Virus record (IMG/VR): IMGVR_UViG_3300021255_001366 | Span: 59,920 to 123,919 of that record | DNA from: a virus | Lineage: Duplodnaviria; Caudoviricetes | DNA length: 64,000 nt | Strand: one strand, 5' to 3' | In this document: positions 40,509-50,495 of the stretch, piece by piece | Layout of the letters: each line of letters opens with the position of its first letter | How positions within the stretch are numbered: position 1 is the stretch's first letter | Made by a program: the position numbers and the translations under genes | Notes under the pieces: generated by a model | The model's input: the letters and a program-made list of their open reading frames with translations, nothing else | What the model was told of the DNA's origin: nothing | The model's database searches: none

Positions 40509-41470
40509 GCGTCAACGGTTTTCGTTGCGGTTCGATTCCGCAAGACGCATTTCGGTAGCACAGCCGTCTGAGCCGTACGTGGTTGAGGCTTTAGGGAACG
40601 ATACCTAGAGTGGATTCCACGGCGGTTTGGTGAAGTGTGTGAATAAAACCGTGATATGCCGTAGAGATTGGACAGTCGCACCCAAGTAATAGGCGAAGCG
40701 TCACGGCAAGCCGAAAATGCAAGCGTAGGCTTAGTTGCGGTGGGTAGATAAACCTACTCCCTCACCGTAGCAAATCATAGCCGAGAAGGTGGTGAGCATG
40801 GCGAAGCCGTACACGTAAGGGGCTGGTACCCTTACACAGTAGCCGAAAGTTGGGTAACCAAGCAAGTAGAGTGTTGCGTCACGAAGCAAGCAGAGGTTGG
40901 CAAGCGATGGATGAAGTCCGAGAGGGCAGACAAGGCAGTAGGAGCTGCACCTAGTGCATCGGGGTTCGCAGAGGGCGACGCAAGAAGTGGTGGTCGCATG
41001 AAGCATAGCAAGCAAGGATGACTAGGATCAAACATAGTGGGATACGCCCCAAAAGGTGACACGCAAGTCCCGACCGAGTATAGAACTCGGTTCCCACTAT
41101 CATAAAAGGTGTGCGTGAGCGAGTAGATACTACCGAACGAGGGTATTTGCCATACATGGTTATGAGGCATGTAGCACCGTGACGGCACGACAAGAATAAG
41201 TCCGTCACTGCATAGGCGTATAGAGTAGTTCGGCAAGTCTACAAGCGGTAGCGACATCGGCAAGGGTTTCGGGTACAATCCCCCGAAGTAATTCCTACAC
41301 TTTGGGACTGCGTGAACAGTCCCCGAAATATGACGAGAAGTCAAGGAGTCGCACAGAGGTCGGCTTCGGGTAGCAAGAGTGTTGCCCGATGTGAACGGTT
41401 CGAGTCCGTAGCGATTCCATTGAGCGACAGTTGGATTATCGTAGACACCTACGGTGGTTCGACTGTACGA
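40508..41470 (+). ncRNA. Candidate giant structured ncRNA bracketed by tRNA-like elements
   Basis: About 1 kb with no plus-strand ORF, GC-rich, many GNRA-capped hairpins, T-loop hairpins near 40527 and 41395, and a closing helix 40549-40555/41323-41329. Confidence 0.55.
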
Positions 41471-41646
41471 CAATGAGGTTTTGTTACTGTCAGTCGTAGA
41501 CAGTAGCACCGTACCCACGGCGGTTTCGATGGGAGAACAGTGAGGTGAACAGTGATAACAGTGAGTGATGGTATCATCCGAGTAGGCGGAGTGGTAGTAG
41601 GTACTACGAACGAGTACCGCTACGAGATCAACGAGGGGGTGATTGT

Positions 41647-43002
41647 TTGTTTAGCGTAGAGGTTGCGATTGCTAATCAGTACGCTTGTCAGACCATCATA
41701 GACGCCGACAAGCAGTTCGAGAAGAGTTGTGCATTGTGTTGTAATACACCACGGTGTTTGCACACTCCTTGTGAAACTTGTAGAGTACAGCAGATGCACG
41801 ACTATGTAGTAGCGATGATGAAGAAAGAGGTGGCATAGCATGAACAGAAGATTCGCACTGACAGCGGTTAAGGATTTACTTGCACACAAGGAGACACTTG
41901 CAGCTTACTACCGCAACAAGATTAAGATGGCAAAGACCGAGAACGAGGTGTCACGGATTCTTGCAGAGGTACGCGAAAACTTGTAGTTGACAGAGAGGAG
42001 TAAAAATGTTATGTATGTAATGGACGGCAAGCCGTGTACACGTAGAGCGCTTCACAAGGTGTACAAGAACACGGCAAAGGGCAATGCTAGAAACTTCACT
42101 TCGTGGTTACTTGACATGAAGTGCATGGGTTATGTGATGGAGGTGGTAGCATGAGAACATACACGGTAGACGTAACGGACTATGATGGCTATAAGAGCAA
42201 GCAGATGAACATCGTCGAACTGATGACGTTTTATGCGAATGAGATCGACAAAAGAGAGTACCCGGTTTTCGAGGTATGGTTCAATGACATGAAGCGTTGC
42301 GGTTTGGTGGCGTAGGAAGGAGTAAAAATGAAAGCGAAATTAAGATTGCTCTTGGATACCATCGAGCATCCAGAGAAGTATGATTGGTCGTTCTTTGATG
42401 ACTTGTTTTGCCTTATAGGCAAGGGAACTGTTGCCTTGTTTTTGACGTACATCATCATGATAGCGTGTTTACTGATTCATGCGTAAGCGAAAGGAGAAAG
42501 CGAAATGGAAAAGAAATTTGGAGTTGTTAGCATCGAAATGGAAGATTTTATCGAGAAGATGAATGAGATGTTTGAGGCAAACTCATGCACATGGAATAAG
42601 CGTGTGGCTGTTGACTACGCAAAGAACTGCAACGTTGTTGTGGTAAAGGTGTTAGGTAACGTAGCCACAATGGACGTCAGCGCCCTTACCGACTATGGCG
42701 TTATGCTTGCCATCATGGACAAGGTAAGGGAAATGTACGGAGAGTAGTAAGCGAAAGGAGAAAACACTATGCTCGACTTAGCAAGGGAACTCGTTAAATT
42801 TGCATACGGATTCGATCCGTATGAGTGGTGGGATAACTACGACACCTTAGAGGATGCCGTAACGGAAACGTGCCGTATGCTTTATAGTAAGCCACATCGC
42901 AAGGGAATTGCGTCGGCTTTGAAGTGCATAGTGGAGTGGCATGATGACGACGAAACAGCAAGCGAAGCGGTAAAATTGTACAGAGCAGTAATGGCTCTGT
43001 AA
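41647..43002 (+). other. Cluster of short early genes (including 42151-42315, 42505-42747, 42769-43002)
   Basis: Successive 40-80 aa ORFs, most with GGAG/GAGG RBS. Confidence 0.6.
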
Positions 43003-43026
43003 CGGAAAGGGAAAGGTAGTGATATT

Positions 43027-45135
43027 ATGGCAAGATTCAAAGTTGGCGACATGGTAAAGATTCGTGAAGGATTAAAAGGGGACAACACATATGGCTACTT
43101 GTATTTTCACCCGGACATGGAACAGTTTTGCGGAAAGGTTGGTAGAATCACAGGAATTTACAATGATCACTATATAATCGACGGATGTGACGATTGGACT
43201 TTTAGCGACGACATGGTAACAGAAGTGTTTGAAATCGAGGTAGCACTTCCCGAAACGCTTATGAAAAAAGATCAGCCGTACACGTTAAGCGAAAGCGAAG
43301 CGGAGTACCTTACGGCAAAGGGAGAAGAACTTCTCCAGAACTACGGCTATGACACTGACAATATTGGCGCCGTGTATGACGAATGGGCACGAAACAAGGG
43401 GTGGCTTATCAACCTTTTCAAGCGAAGCGAGGAATATGTAGACGGCAAGTTTTACATCTACAAAAAGGCACAGCCGTTGCTTCGTCCGGTTGATAAGAAT
43501 GCGGTAAACGAATTTGTACTTTGGGCAAAAAACACGATTAGAGATATCGCAAAGCAAAGGGAGATTAAGTTCGGATTCTTTACATACGCAGAGATGGAGA
43601 GGATGGCTGATGCGTACTATAACCTTTCTGACAAAATACCGTACGGAGCTGTTTATAACGGAATGACGAGAGATATGTACCACGGAGAATATCGTCGTGT
43701 TACAGCAAAGCTCAGCAGCGTAAAGGGAGAACATTTCAGAGGAGCGTTTGTATCCGCAGATGATTACAAATCATTCACTTCGGCATATAAAGTGTTTTGT
43801 GCCCTTGAGGAAATTGTAGGCAGAGTACCCGATCCGTCCAAGTTAGATAATGATTTTGTCACTGCGGTGTTACAGTATAACGACTATACACTCAAAGCGA
43901 AACCGTCCGTTGGTATGAGCACCACGAAGTTCGTCGGCAAGGTAATGCGTGAACTTGGAATGGATAAAATTGTAGACTTGCAGAAAACAACATGGGTTGA
44001 TGAAAACACCGGAGAAGTGCACGAGCGTGTAAGGGATATGGGATACAACAAGTACCGCGCAATGCTCGGTGACGCAATCAATCCGTATACATACGACAGA
44101 GATATTGTTATCTCTGTTAACCCGATTGACTATTGGGCTATGTCCTTTGGTACTGACTGGGCATCATGTCATACGATTGATAAGCGAAACGACAGAAACA
44201 TGAGCAACACTTACAACGGAATGCATAGTTCAGGAACGGAAAGCTATATGCTTGATAGTTCTACGTTCGTAGTGTATGTCGTACCCGATGGTGAGTGGCT
44301 TGAGCGAAACGGAGAAGAGAACATGGACGTTGAACTTCGCAGTAAGTTTAAGAGAGTTATGTTCTCTATGGGAGAGGATAAGTTACTCGAAATGAGAGTA
44401 TATCCGGACGGTAGAGATGGTGGTGATTCAGGACTTGCAACGCAGCTTAGAAACATCGTACAAAAGGAAATTGCAAATCTGTATAACACGGACAATATGT
44501 GGACACTCAAGAAGGGAGCTGACGAGTGCCGTTCCGTGACAACAACATACGGAACTCACTACGCAGATTATAACTGCTGTAATGATTGTAACGTATCATA
44601 TCTCCGTAGAGTAGATGGTCTGCTCAACACAAAGAGAATCGTCATTGGACACAATCCGATTTGTCCCGGATGTGGAAACGAGCACACCGAGCAAGAAAAC
44701 ATTATGTGCAACGAATGCAACGGAAATTCACGCAAGTGTCCTCATTGCGGTGAATATTTTAGCGAAGATGGATATACGATGCCAGACGGCACAGAGTATT
44801 GCTCATATGAATGTGCAGAAAATGACGGTTGGGTTTGGTGTGACAACATAAACGAATATGCAAACGAAGATGATTCAGACGTACATTACTGCGAACAGTG
44901 CGATACTTGGTTTTATAACAGAGGCGACGCAGTTTATGTAGACGGAAATTGGTATTGCGATGATGATTGCGCAAGCCGCGCTGGATATGTTTGGTGTGAA
45001 TATGATAATGAATATGCACACGAAGACGACGTCATTTTTATTGAAGAATGCGGTGAATACTTCGTGAACGAGGAATCAGCAAGGGAAGCTGGTTACGTCT
45101 ATGACGAAGACGCAAGCGAATGGATTGCGGCATAG
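43027..45135 (+). CDS. Multidomain protein: SH3/KOW-like N-terminus, NPIDY-MSFG-WASCH domain, tandem CxxC Zn-ribbon repeats
   Basis: FKVGDMVKI N-terminus, core shared with 46872-48194, many CxxC pairs at the C-terminus. Confidence 0.7.
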   Translation: MARFKVGDMVKIREGLKGDNTYGYLYFHPDMEQFCGKVGRITGIYNDHYIIDGCDDWTFSDDMVTEVFEIEVALPETLMKKDQPYTLSESEAEYLTAKGEELLQNYGYDTDNIGAVYDEWARNKGWLINLFKRSEEYVDGKFYIYKKAQPLLRPVDKNAVNEFVLWAKNTIRDIAKQREIKFGFFTYAEMERMADAYYNLSDKIPYGAVYNGMTRDMYHGEYRRVTAKLSSVKGEHFRGAFVSADDYKSFTSAYKVFCALEEIVGRVPDPSKLDNDFVTAVLQYNDYTLKAKPSVGMSTTKFVGKVMRELGMDKIVDLQKTTWVDENTGEVHERVRDMGYNKYRAMLGDAINPYTYDRDIVISVNPIDYWAMSFGTDWASCHTIDKRNDRNMSNTYNGMHSSGTESYMLDSSTFVVYVVPDGEWLERNGEENMDVELRSKFKRVMFSMGEDKLLEMRVYPDGRDGGDSGLATQLRNIVQKEIANLYNTDNMWTLKKGADECRSVTTTYGTHYADYNCCNDCNVSYLRRVDGLLNTKRIVIGHNPICPGCGNEHTEQENIMCNECNGNSRKCPHCGEYFSEDGYTMPDGTEYCSYECAENDGWVWCDNINEYANEDDSDVHYCEQCDTWFYNRGDAVYVDGNWYCDDDCASRAGYVWCEYDNEYAHEDDVIFIEECGEYFVNEESAREAGYVYDEDASEWIAA

Positions 45136-45144
45136 AAAGGGAAG

Positions 45145-46107
45145 GTGGACGATATGAGAAAGTTTAAGAACATCTGCAAGAAAACACAGGACGAATTGAA
45201 AATGTATCTCGAGAATGTGCTTTGTAAGACCTATCCGAAAAGCGAGGTGATAAACGGAGATGGGTTCTTATACGTCAAAGGAAGCGATCCCGTACTTGTA
45301 ACCGCTCACATGGACACCGTACACAAACAGAAATGCAAAGACATCAAAGAGATAAAGAAAGACGGAAAGAAAGCATTGTGGTCTCCACAAGGAATAGGCG
45401 GTGATGACAGATGTGGCATATGGATGATCGTTAAGATGTTAAGCGAAACGAACTACCGACCTTCGGTACTGTTTTGTGAGGACGAGGAAATCGGTGGCGT
45501 AGGCAGTAGCAAATTTTGTCGCACCGTTTACGTAGACGAATTAAGGGAACTCAAGTATTTGATTGAACTTGATAGAGCACACGAAAATGACGCAGTGTTC
45601 TACAACTGTGGCAACAAAGAGTTTCAGAAATACATTATGGAAACGACTGGACTTGAAAAGGAATATGGTTCTTTTTCTGACATCGGACATCTTTCTCCAG
45701 CTTGTGACAAGGCAAGTGTAAATATTAGTTGTGGTTATTATAACCAGCACACACTCGAAGAATACGTTGTGTTTAAGGAGTTGAAGGCAAACTATGACAA
45801 GGTGCTGAAGTTGATGAAAGATTTGGACAACGCAAAATCATATGACTATCAAGAAGATAGACCGATTTATTCAAGCATTTGGGATGGCTTGTATGACTAT
45901 ACGCATCAGTATAGCGGTATCAAAACATGGGACGACGAAGACGAAACATATCATTTCACATGTGTTGAGTTTTGGTTTTACGACAAGAAGGGAGATGAAT
46001 GTTACGACGAATACTGCGGAAGTTCGGTAGAGGAATGCGTAGGTATGTGGGCGATGGATCACCCGGATTTAAGTTTCAGCGATATATACGACTATAACGA
46101 GTTATAA
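45145..46107 (+). CDS. M28/M20-clan zinc peptidase
   Basis: AHMDTVH, GGDDRCG, EEIGGVGS, ELDR and GYYNQHT metal-ligand motifs. Confidence 0.85.
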   Translation: MDDMRKFKNICKKTQDELKMYLENVLCKTYPKSEVINGDGFLYVKGSDPVLVTAHMDTVHKQKCKDIKEIKKDGKKALWSPQGIGGDDRCGIWMIVKMLSETNYRPSVLFCEDEEIGGVGSSKFCRTVYVDELRELKYLIELDRAHENDAVFYNCGNKEFQKYIMETTGLEKEYGSFSDIGHLSPACDKASVNISCGYYNQHTLEEYVVFKELKANYDKVLKLMKDLDNAKSYDYQEDRPIYSSIWDGLYDYTHQYSGIKTWDDEDETYHFTCVEFWFYDKKGDECYDEYCGSSVEECVGMWAMDHPDLSFSDIYDYNEL

Positions 46108-46125
46108 AAGAAAGAGGTGGCGTAA

Positions 46126-46875
46126 ATGCAAGTATTAGTGTTTACAAGCGACAGCGAGTACAAATGGAAAACAGTTAAGGATATTTGTGATGATAACGTA
46201 AAAACAAAAGATGGCGCAAGGTATTGTTGGCTTAACGTACTCGATGTAAAGAATGACATACGATCAACACGTCCATATAAGTGTAGAAATTGCGGAAAGC
46301 GATTCAAGACTATGGACGACTTCACAAAGCATGTCGAAAAAGAAAAGGCAAGCGCAGATTGCGCTAAATGTCCTTATGCAAATTACAGAGATGATATGTT
46401 GATAAGCGAAAAGATTAAAGCCAACGCGGACGGTACATATACAAAGATAAGAAAGACAGTTTGCAAACTTGACTGCAATCTTAGTTGGAGCACAAGAGGA
46501 AGGTCTATTAGCGAAGTCAAAGAAAGGAATATGTGTAAGTATTACAAATGCAACGAAGGGACATTGAGAAAAGAAACACCATTTAAGCCATTGTCTAAGA
46601 AAATGCTTACAATACAAGCGTTGTCTGACAAATGGAAGTTGTGCGAAATGGAGAACACATATAGATATAAACGTAGCTGCTTGTATGCACACCACAACGC
46701 AGTTGGTGTAATTGATATGTTTATTATCATGAAGAGAGGTGACTATGAATATGTAAAGTATGCAAATAAGAAATTATATAAATACAGATACGGTTGGCAA
46801 GAGGTTCCGTTGTCTTGTTACGGAGCTACTACACAAGAAGGCGTTGAAGATATAGAAAGGATGATGAAGTTATGA
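46126..46875 (+). CDS. Cys-rich hypothetical protein with a C2H2-like finger
   Basis: YKCRNCGKRFKTMDDFTKH and CAKCPY. Confidence 0.6.
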   Translation: MQVLVFTSDSEYKWKTVKDICDDNVKTKDGARYCWLNVLDVKNDIRSTRPYKCRNCGKRFKTMDDFTKHVEKEKASADCAKCPYANYRDDMLISEKIKANADGTYTKIRKTVCKLDCNLSWSTRGRSISEVKERNMCKYYKCNEGTLRKETPFKPLSKKMLTIQALSDKWKLCEMENTYRYKRSCLYAHHNAVGVIDMFIIMKRGDYEYVKYANKKLYKYRYGWQEVPLSCYGATTQEGVEDIERMMKL

Positions 46876-48194
46876 TTACATGGGAAGAAGCGAAAGTTGA
46901 TAGACAAGATATGATTCGCAAAGTCGTTGATTTGCTTAACGAGTATAATCATACCGCAACGGAAAATGGTGTCGGAACAATGCTTGACACGTTCTGGACA
47001 AACAAAAACGACATCATCGAGAAGATGGTGACGCATCCTGACTACAACGGGAATCTTCAAATTGTGTTTACCGAACCGTTTGATAGAGATGTTAACTCTT
47101 ATGAAACACGAAGATTTGTTGAAAACCTTTTAACCGCACTTAAAGCAAGAGATAAAATTGTAAACGAAAAGAATGAAAACGGATTCACAAAGAATGAAGC
47201 CATAAAAATGCAGACAAGAGATTTGCCAAAGATTATTAAAACAACGGACGTTATAAGTCTAGAAATGAAACCGATAGAGAGTTTAGGTGAGTTTGTCTAT
47301 GATAGCATTGTAGAAAATTGGATAACAAGAGCGTCAAGAGGTAAATTTGATACTACGGTGGCTTTAGTTAACTGCTTTAAGTATTATACGAAGGCAACTC
47401 TTGACGAAACCATTGTAAATGATATTAAAGACATATGTCCAGCTATTAACGTATCAAGCGGAATGAAAACAAGTAAGGCATTATGGAGAATCCTTACTTG
47501 GGCTGGCTTGAACGGAAAAGAAGAACAGAGTGTGTTTACTCCATACGGAGATATGATTAATCCTCTTAGAAGGGATTTGACCTTCGTTCTTTCGGTTAAT
47601 CCGATTGATTATCTCAAAATGTCATTCGGAAACACATGGGCGTCTTGCCACACCATAGACAAACTGAACACAAGAGGAATGAGTAATCATTACTCAGGTG
47701 CATATTGCGGCGGAACTATTAGTTATATGCTTGATGGAACTTCGATGATATCTTACACAATAACTGAAACGGATAAGGTAAACCCCGAGAATTATGACAA
47801 GGTGTATCGCAATATGTTTCATTGGGACGGAGACGGAACTCTTGTGCAAGGAAGGGTATATCCGCAAGCCAAAGACGGAGCAACTGATTTATATAAGAAA
47901 ATCAGACTTATAGTGCAGAGAGTAATCAGTATGATGCTCGATGTACCACACATAAGCGAAGGCAACGGAAATGATACATGGGTAAAACCGAACAACGCAA
48001 GAGAAATGAATTTCATTGAATCTCGTGGTGCTCACTATCGTGATTATAATAATTACGAAGACTGCAACGTAAGTAAGATGCGCAATAAAGATAGAGCAAC
48101 GCATATGGTGATTGGACACAATACAATTTGTCCTAGCTGTGGACACGAACATAGATGTGGTTCTGAGTATATTGTATGTAGTAATTGCCGTTAA
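46872..48194 (+). CDS. Paralog of the 43027-45135 core domain
   Basis: SVNPIDYLKMSFGNTWASCHTIDK, SYMLD, RVYP, HYRDY and IGHNTICPSCGHEH. Confidence 0.75.
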   Translation: MITWEEAKVDRQDMIRKVVDLLNEYNHTATENGVGTMLDTFWTNKNDIIEKMVTHPDYNGNLQIVFTEPFDRDVNSYETRRFVENLLTALKARDKIVNEKNENGFTKNEAIKMQTRDLPKIIKTTDVISLEMKPIESLGEFVYDSIVENWITRASRGKFDTTVALVNCFKYYTKATLDETIVNDIKDICPAINVSSGMKTSKALWRILTWAGLNGKEEQSVFTPYGDMINPLRRDLTFVLSVNPIDYLKMSFGNTWASCHTIDKLNTRGMSNHYSGAYCGGTISYMLDGTSMISYTITETDKVNPENYDKVYRNMFHWDGDGTLVQGRVYPQAKDGATDLYKKIRLIVQRVISMMLDVPHISEGNGNDTWVKPNNAREMNFIESRGAHYRDYNNYEDCNVSKMRNKDRATHMVIGHNTICPSCGHEHRCGSEYIVCSNCR

Positions 48195-48527
48195 GAAAAG
48201 AGTGGATAATAAGGAGGATGTGCTTATGCGCAACAAAAAAGAAAACAAAATCATAACAGAAACCATTAAGTTCCTCGTAAGTGGAAAATTCAGCGAAAGA
48301 AAACCTTATCTAAAGGATTTCTATGGTAAAGGAGTTGAGATGCATGGGTACATCTTTTCTAAGGAAGGATGGAATTGGGTAGTAGCAAAGCCAACAGATA
48401 TTGATTCTGGATGCAAGGGAGAGCCGTTAGTTAAGGTAATTCCGACGCTTACAGAAATAAAAAAGATTCCAATTGTGTTAAATACACAATCATGGACATA
48501 TATTTAAGTAGTTAGGAGGTAAGCGAA

Positions 48528-48812
48528 ATGAACAAATACCTTGTAATCTATGAATATCTAAGTGAAGAAAGAATTGCGGAACCAGTAATAGAAACCGCAA
48601 ATCAGATTTTCGACAAGATGGATATGTCTGATTGTTACGACATTGAAATCAGACGATTAATCTTAATTGATGGATATGAGTTAACCGAATGTAGTTTTTA
48701 TGGAACATGGCACAACGGAAACGATCCACTTCGAATGGAGATAAGAGCAAAGATTCCGAGAACGCCTGAACAGATGGAACCGTTTGATGTTGGCTATGGA
48801 ACAGACCATTAG
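48528..48812 (+). CDS. Hypothetical protein
   Basis: RBS aggagg, 94 aa. Confidence 0.6.
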   Translation: MNKYLVIYEYLSEERIAEPVIETANQIFDKMDMSDCYDIEIRRLILIDGYELTECSFYGTWHNGNDPLRMEIRAKIPRTPEQMEPFDVGYGTDH

Positions 48813-48827
48813 AAAGGAGTGGTAAAA

Positions 48828-49187
48828 ATGAAAAGGGCATTGCGAGTAGGAATCTACAAAAACCGAAGTAGCGATTGTAGTAACGGTGGTATTTCATCCA
48901 AGTTTGACGACATTCTAGTTCTCTGTGACGAAGGGAACTATGAAGTCGATCTCGACAATCCGCCCGGAAATCTGTGCGTACTTGAGAAACGTATACTGTG
49001 GGGCGAGAAGCACTACTACATAAGACCATACGCAAAGGCAAACGGTGTTGGTTGGATGTATGGCGGTTGCATTGTAGAATCAAGCGATGGTAGATGGGCG
49101 AGATTGCTTGGAGAAAAAACTGGGCGACCGTTACACTTGCACGATAGAACGGAAACGCAAGCAGAGTATGACGCATTAAGTAGTTAG
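48828..49187 (+). CDS. Hypothetical phage protein (DCSNGGISS, WMYGG, PLHLHDR motifs)
   Basis: ORF with an RBS. Confidence 0.6.
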   Translation: MKRALRVGIYKNRSSDCSNGGISSKFDDILVLCDEGNYEVDLDNPPGNLCVLEKRILWGEKHYYIRPYAKANGVGWMYGGCIVESSDGRWARLLGEKTGRPLHLHDRTETQAEYDALSS

Positions 49188-49220
49188 GAAGATTAGAAAA
49201 ACAGAAAGGAGCTGTGATGA

Positions 49221-49550
49221 ATGAAGATTGTAGTTGATATTTCAGAAGAAGATTTTAAAGCATTACCGGATTGTGATTGGGGTAGCGAGGTCATGGCTAA
49301 TGTATTGGACGCAGTTGAAGATGGCATTGTATTGCCTAAGAATCACGGTAATATGAATGTTTACATGTATGACATTTGGGATGGCGACAAGGGAATAATC
49401 TTCGCTAACACCGAGGAAGAAGCAAAAGAAATCTACACCAGAAACTATGACGAACCGATACATGACGGAAACTACGATTCACACACTTGTCAGATTGACT
49501 TTGTGTGCGAAGTACCAAGCAAACCGAAGATTGTGTTTATGTTTGATTAA
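49221..49550 (+). CDS. Hypothetical protein with an MKIVVDI-type N-terminal module
   Basis: N-terminus resembles those of the ORFs at 60473 and 60762. Confidence 0.6.
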   Translation: MKIVVDISEEDFKALPDCDWGSEVMANVLDAVEDGIVLPKNHGNMNVYMYDIWDGDKGIIFANTEEEAKEIYTRNYDEPIHDGNYDSHTCQIDFVCEVPSKPKIVFMFD

Positions 49551-49567
49551 GAAAGGAGAATGAAATT

Positions 49568-49825
49568 ATGGCAATTAAGAAGAGTGGTAAGGCAAATGAC
49601 AGCTTTAAGTACGAGGTGATTGAGAAGTGCGGAGTGATCAGCGAGGGTAAGAACGGCTGGACTACGGAGCTCCGTTATATCGCCTGGAACGATGGCGAAC
49701 CCAAGTATGATATTCGTTCTTGGGTAACCAACGAGGACGGAACAGAGAAGTGCGGTAAGGGAATCACCTTAACTGGGGAGCAGCTTGAGAAACTTGGCGA
49801 ACTGATTAAGAAAATGGAGGGTTAA
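49568..49825 (+). CDS. PC4/YdbC-family ssDNA-binding protein
   Basis: GWTTELRYIAWNDGEPKYDIRSW...GKGITLT. Confidence 0.85.
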   Translation: MAIKKSGKANDSFKYEVIEKCGVISEGKNGWTTELRYIAWNDGEPKYDIRSWVTNEDGTEKCGKGITLTGEQLEKLGELIKKMEG

Positions 49826-49828
49826 GAC

Positions 49829-50143
49829 ATGGTAAGAGTTTTTACAAAAGCAGACAGCAGACCTTTGGCAGATGGAGAAACCTATGAAAACAAGTTTGTA
49901 ATTCTCAAGGTAGATCAGTTTAAGCCAGAGTATCAGAACGCACAAAATCAATTGTTCTATGCAACTGGTGGTTTCGGATGTCATCCAGATAAATTGGGTG
50001 GTAAGGTGTTTGGGAAATTGTTTGATGAACCATATGCTACACGAAGAGAATACATCTACGGTGTGGCAACTGAGGAATCCATTAAAGAGTGGGAAACTTT
50101 ATACGGAATATCAAGGGATGTTTTTACAACGAAGGGGGCGTAG
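49829..50143 (+). CDS. Hypothetical protein (ATGGFGC motif)
   Basis: ORF with an RBS. Confidence 0.6.
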   Translation: MVRVFTKADSRPLADGETYENKFVILKVDQFKPEYQNAQNQLFYATGGFGCHPDKLGGKVFGKLFDEPYATRREYIYGVATEESIKEWETLYGISRDVFTTKGA

Positions 50144-50146
50144 CGC

Positions 50147-50416
50147 ATGACCGAAAAGTTCATAGCAAAAGCTGTAAAGGGAAGAGAGTTCCTCTTCTCT
50201 TTATCCAGCGCAATCGCAGTACCAAAGACAAGCGCACAGAAAATCGCTGACACCTTGAACAACTTAAAGTATAGGCTTGGCGAAAACGAAGTGTGGCATG
50301 TGTACGACAATGATTCATACTACAACGATTATATCTCTGACGAAATCAAGAGATATAGCAACACCAAGATGAAGGTATACAGATATAGGGGGGTGATTAC
50401 ATGGAGCGAATTTTAA
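50147..50416 (+). CDS. Hypothetical protein
   Basis: ORF within the early array. Confidence 0.55.
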   Translation: MTEKFIAKAVKGREFLFSLSSAIAVPKTSAQKIADTLNNLKYRLGENEVWHVYDNDSYYNDYISDEIKRYSNTKMKVYRYRGVITWSEF

Positions 50417-50495
50417 TACTCGCAAGCATCTTGTGTGCTGAATCAACAAAGGAAATGAAGGAAGCAATCGACACGCTTAGAAAGGAGAATTAATT

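Noticed and set aside
39922-41518. Minus-strand ORFs of 197, 228, 94 and 85 aa
   Set aside because: They are shadows of a GC-rich gene and of the structured region, oppose the local transcription direction, and lack RBS and motifs.
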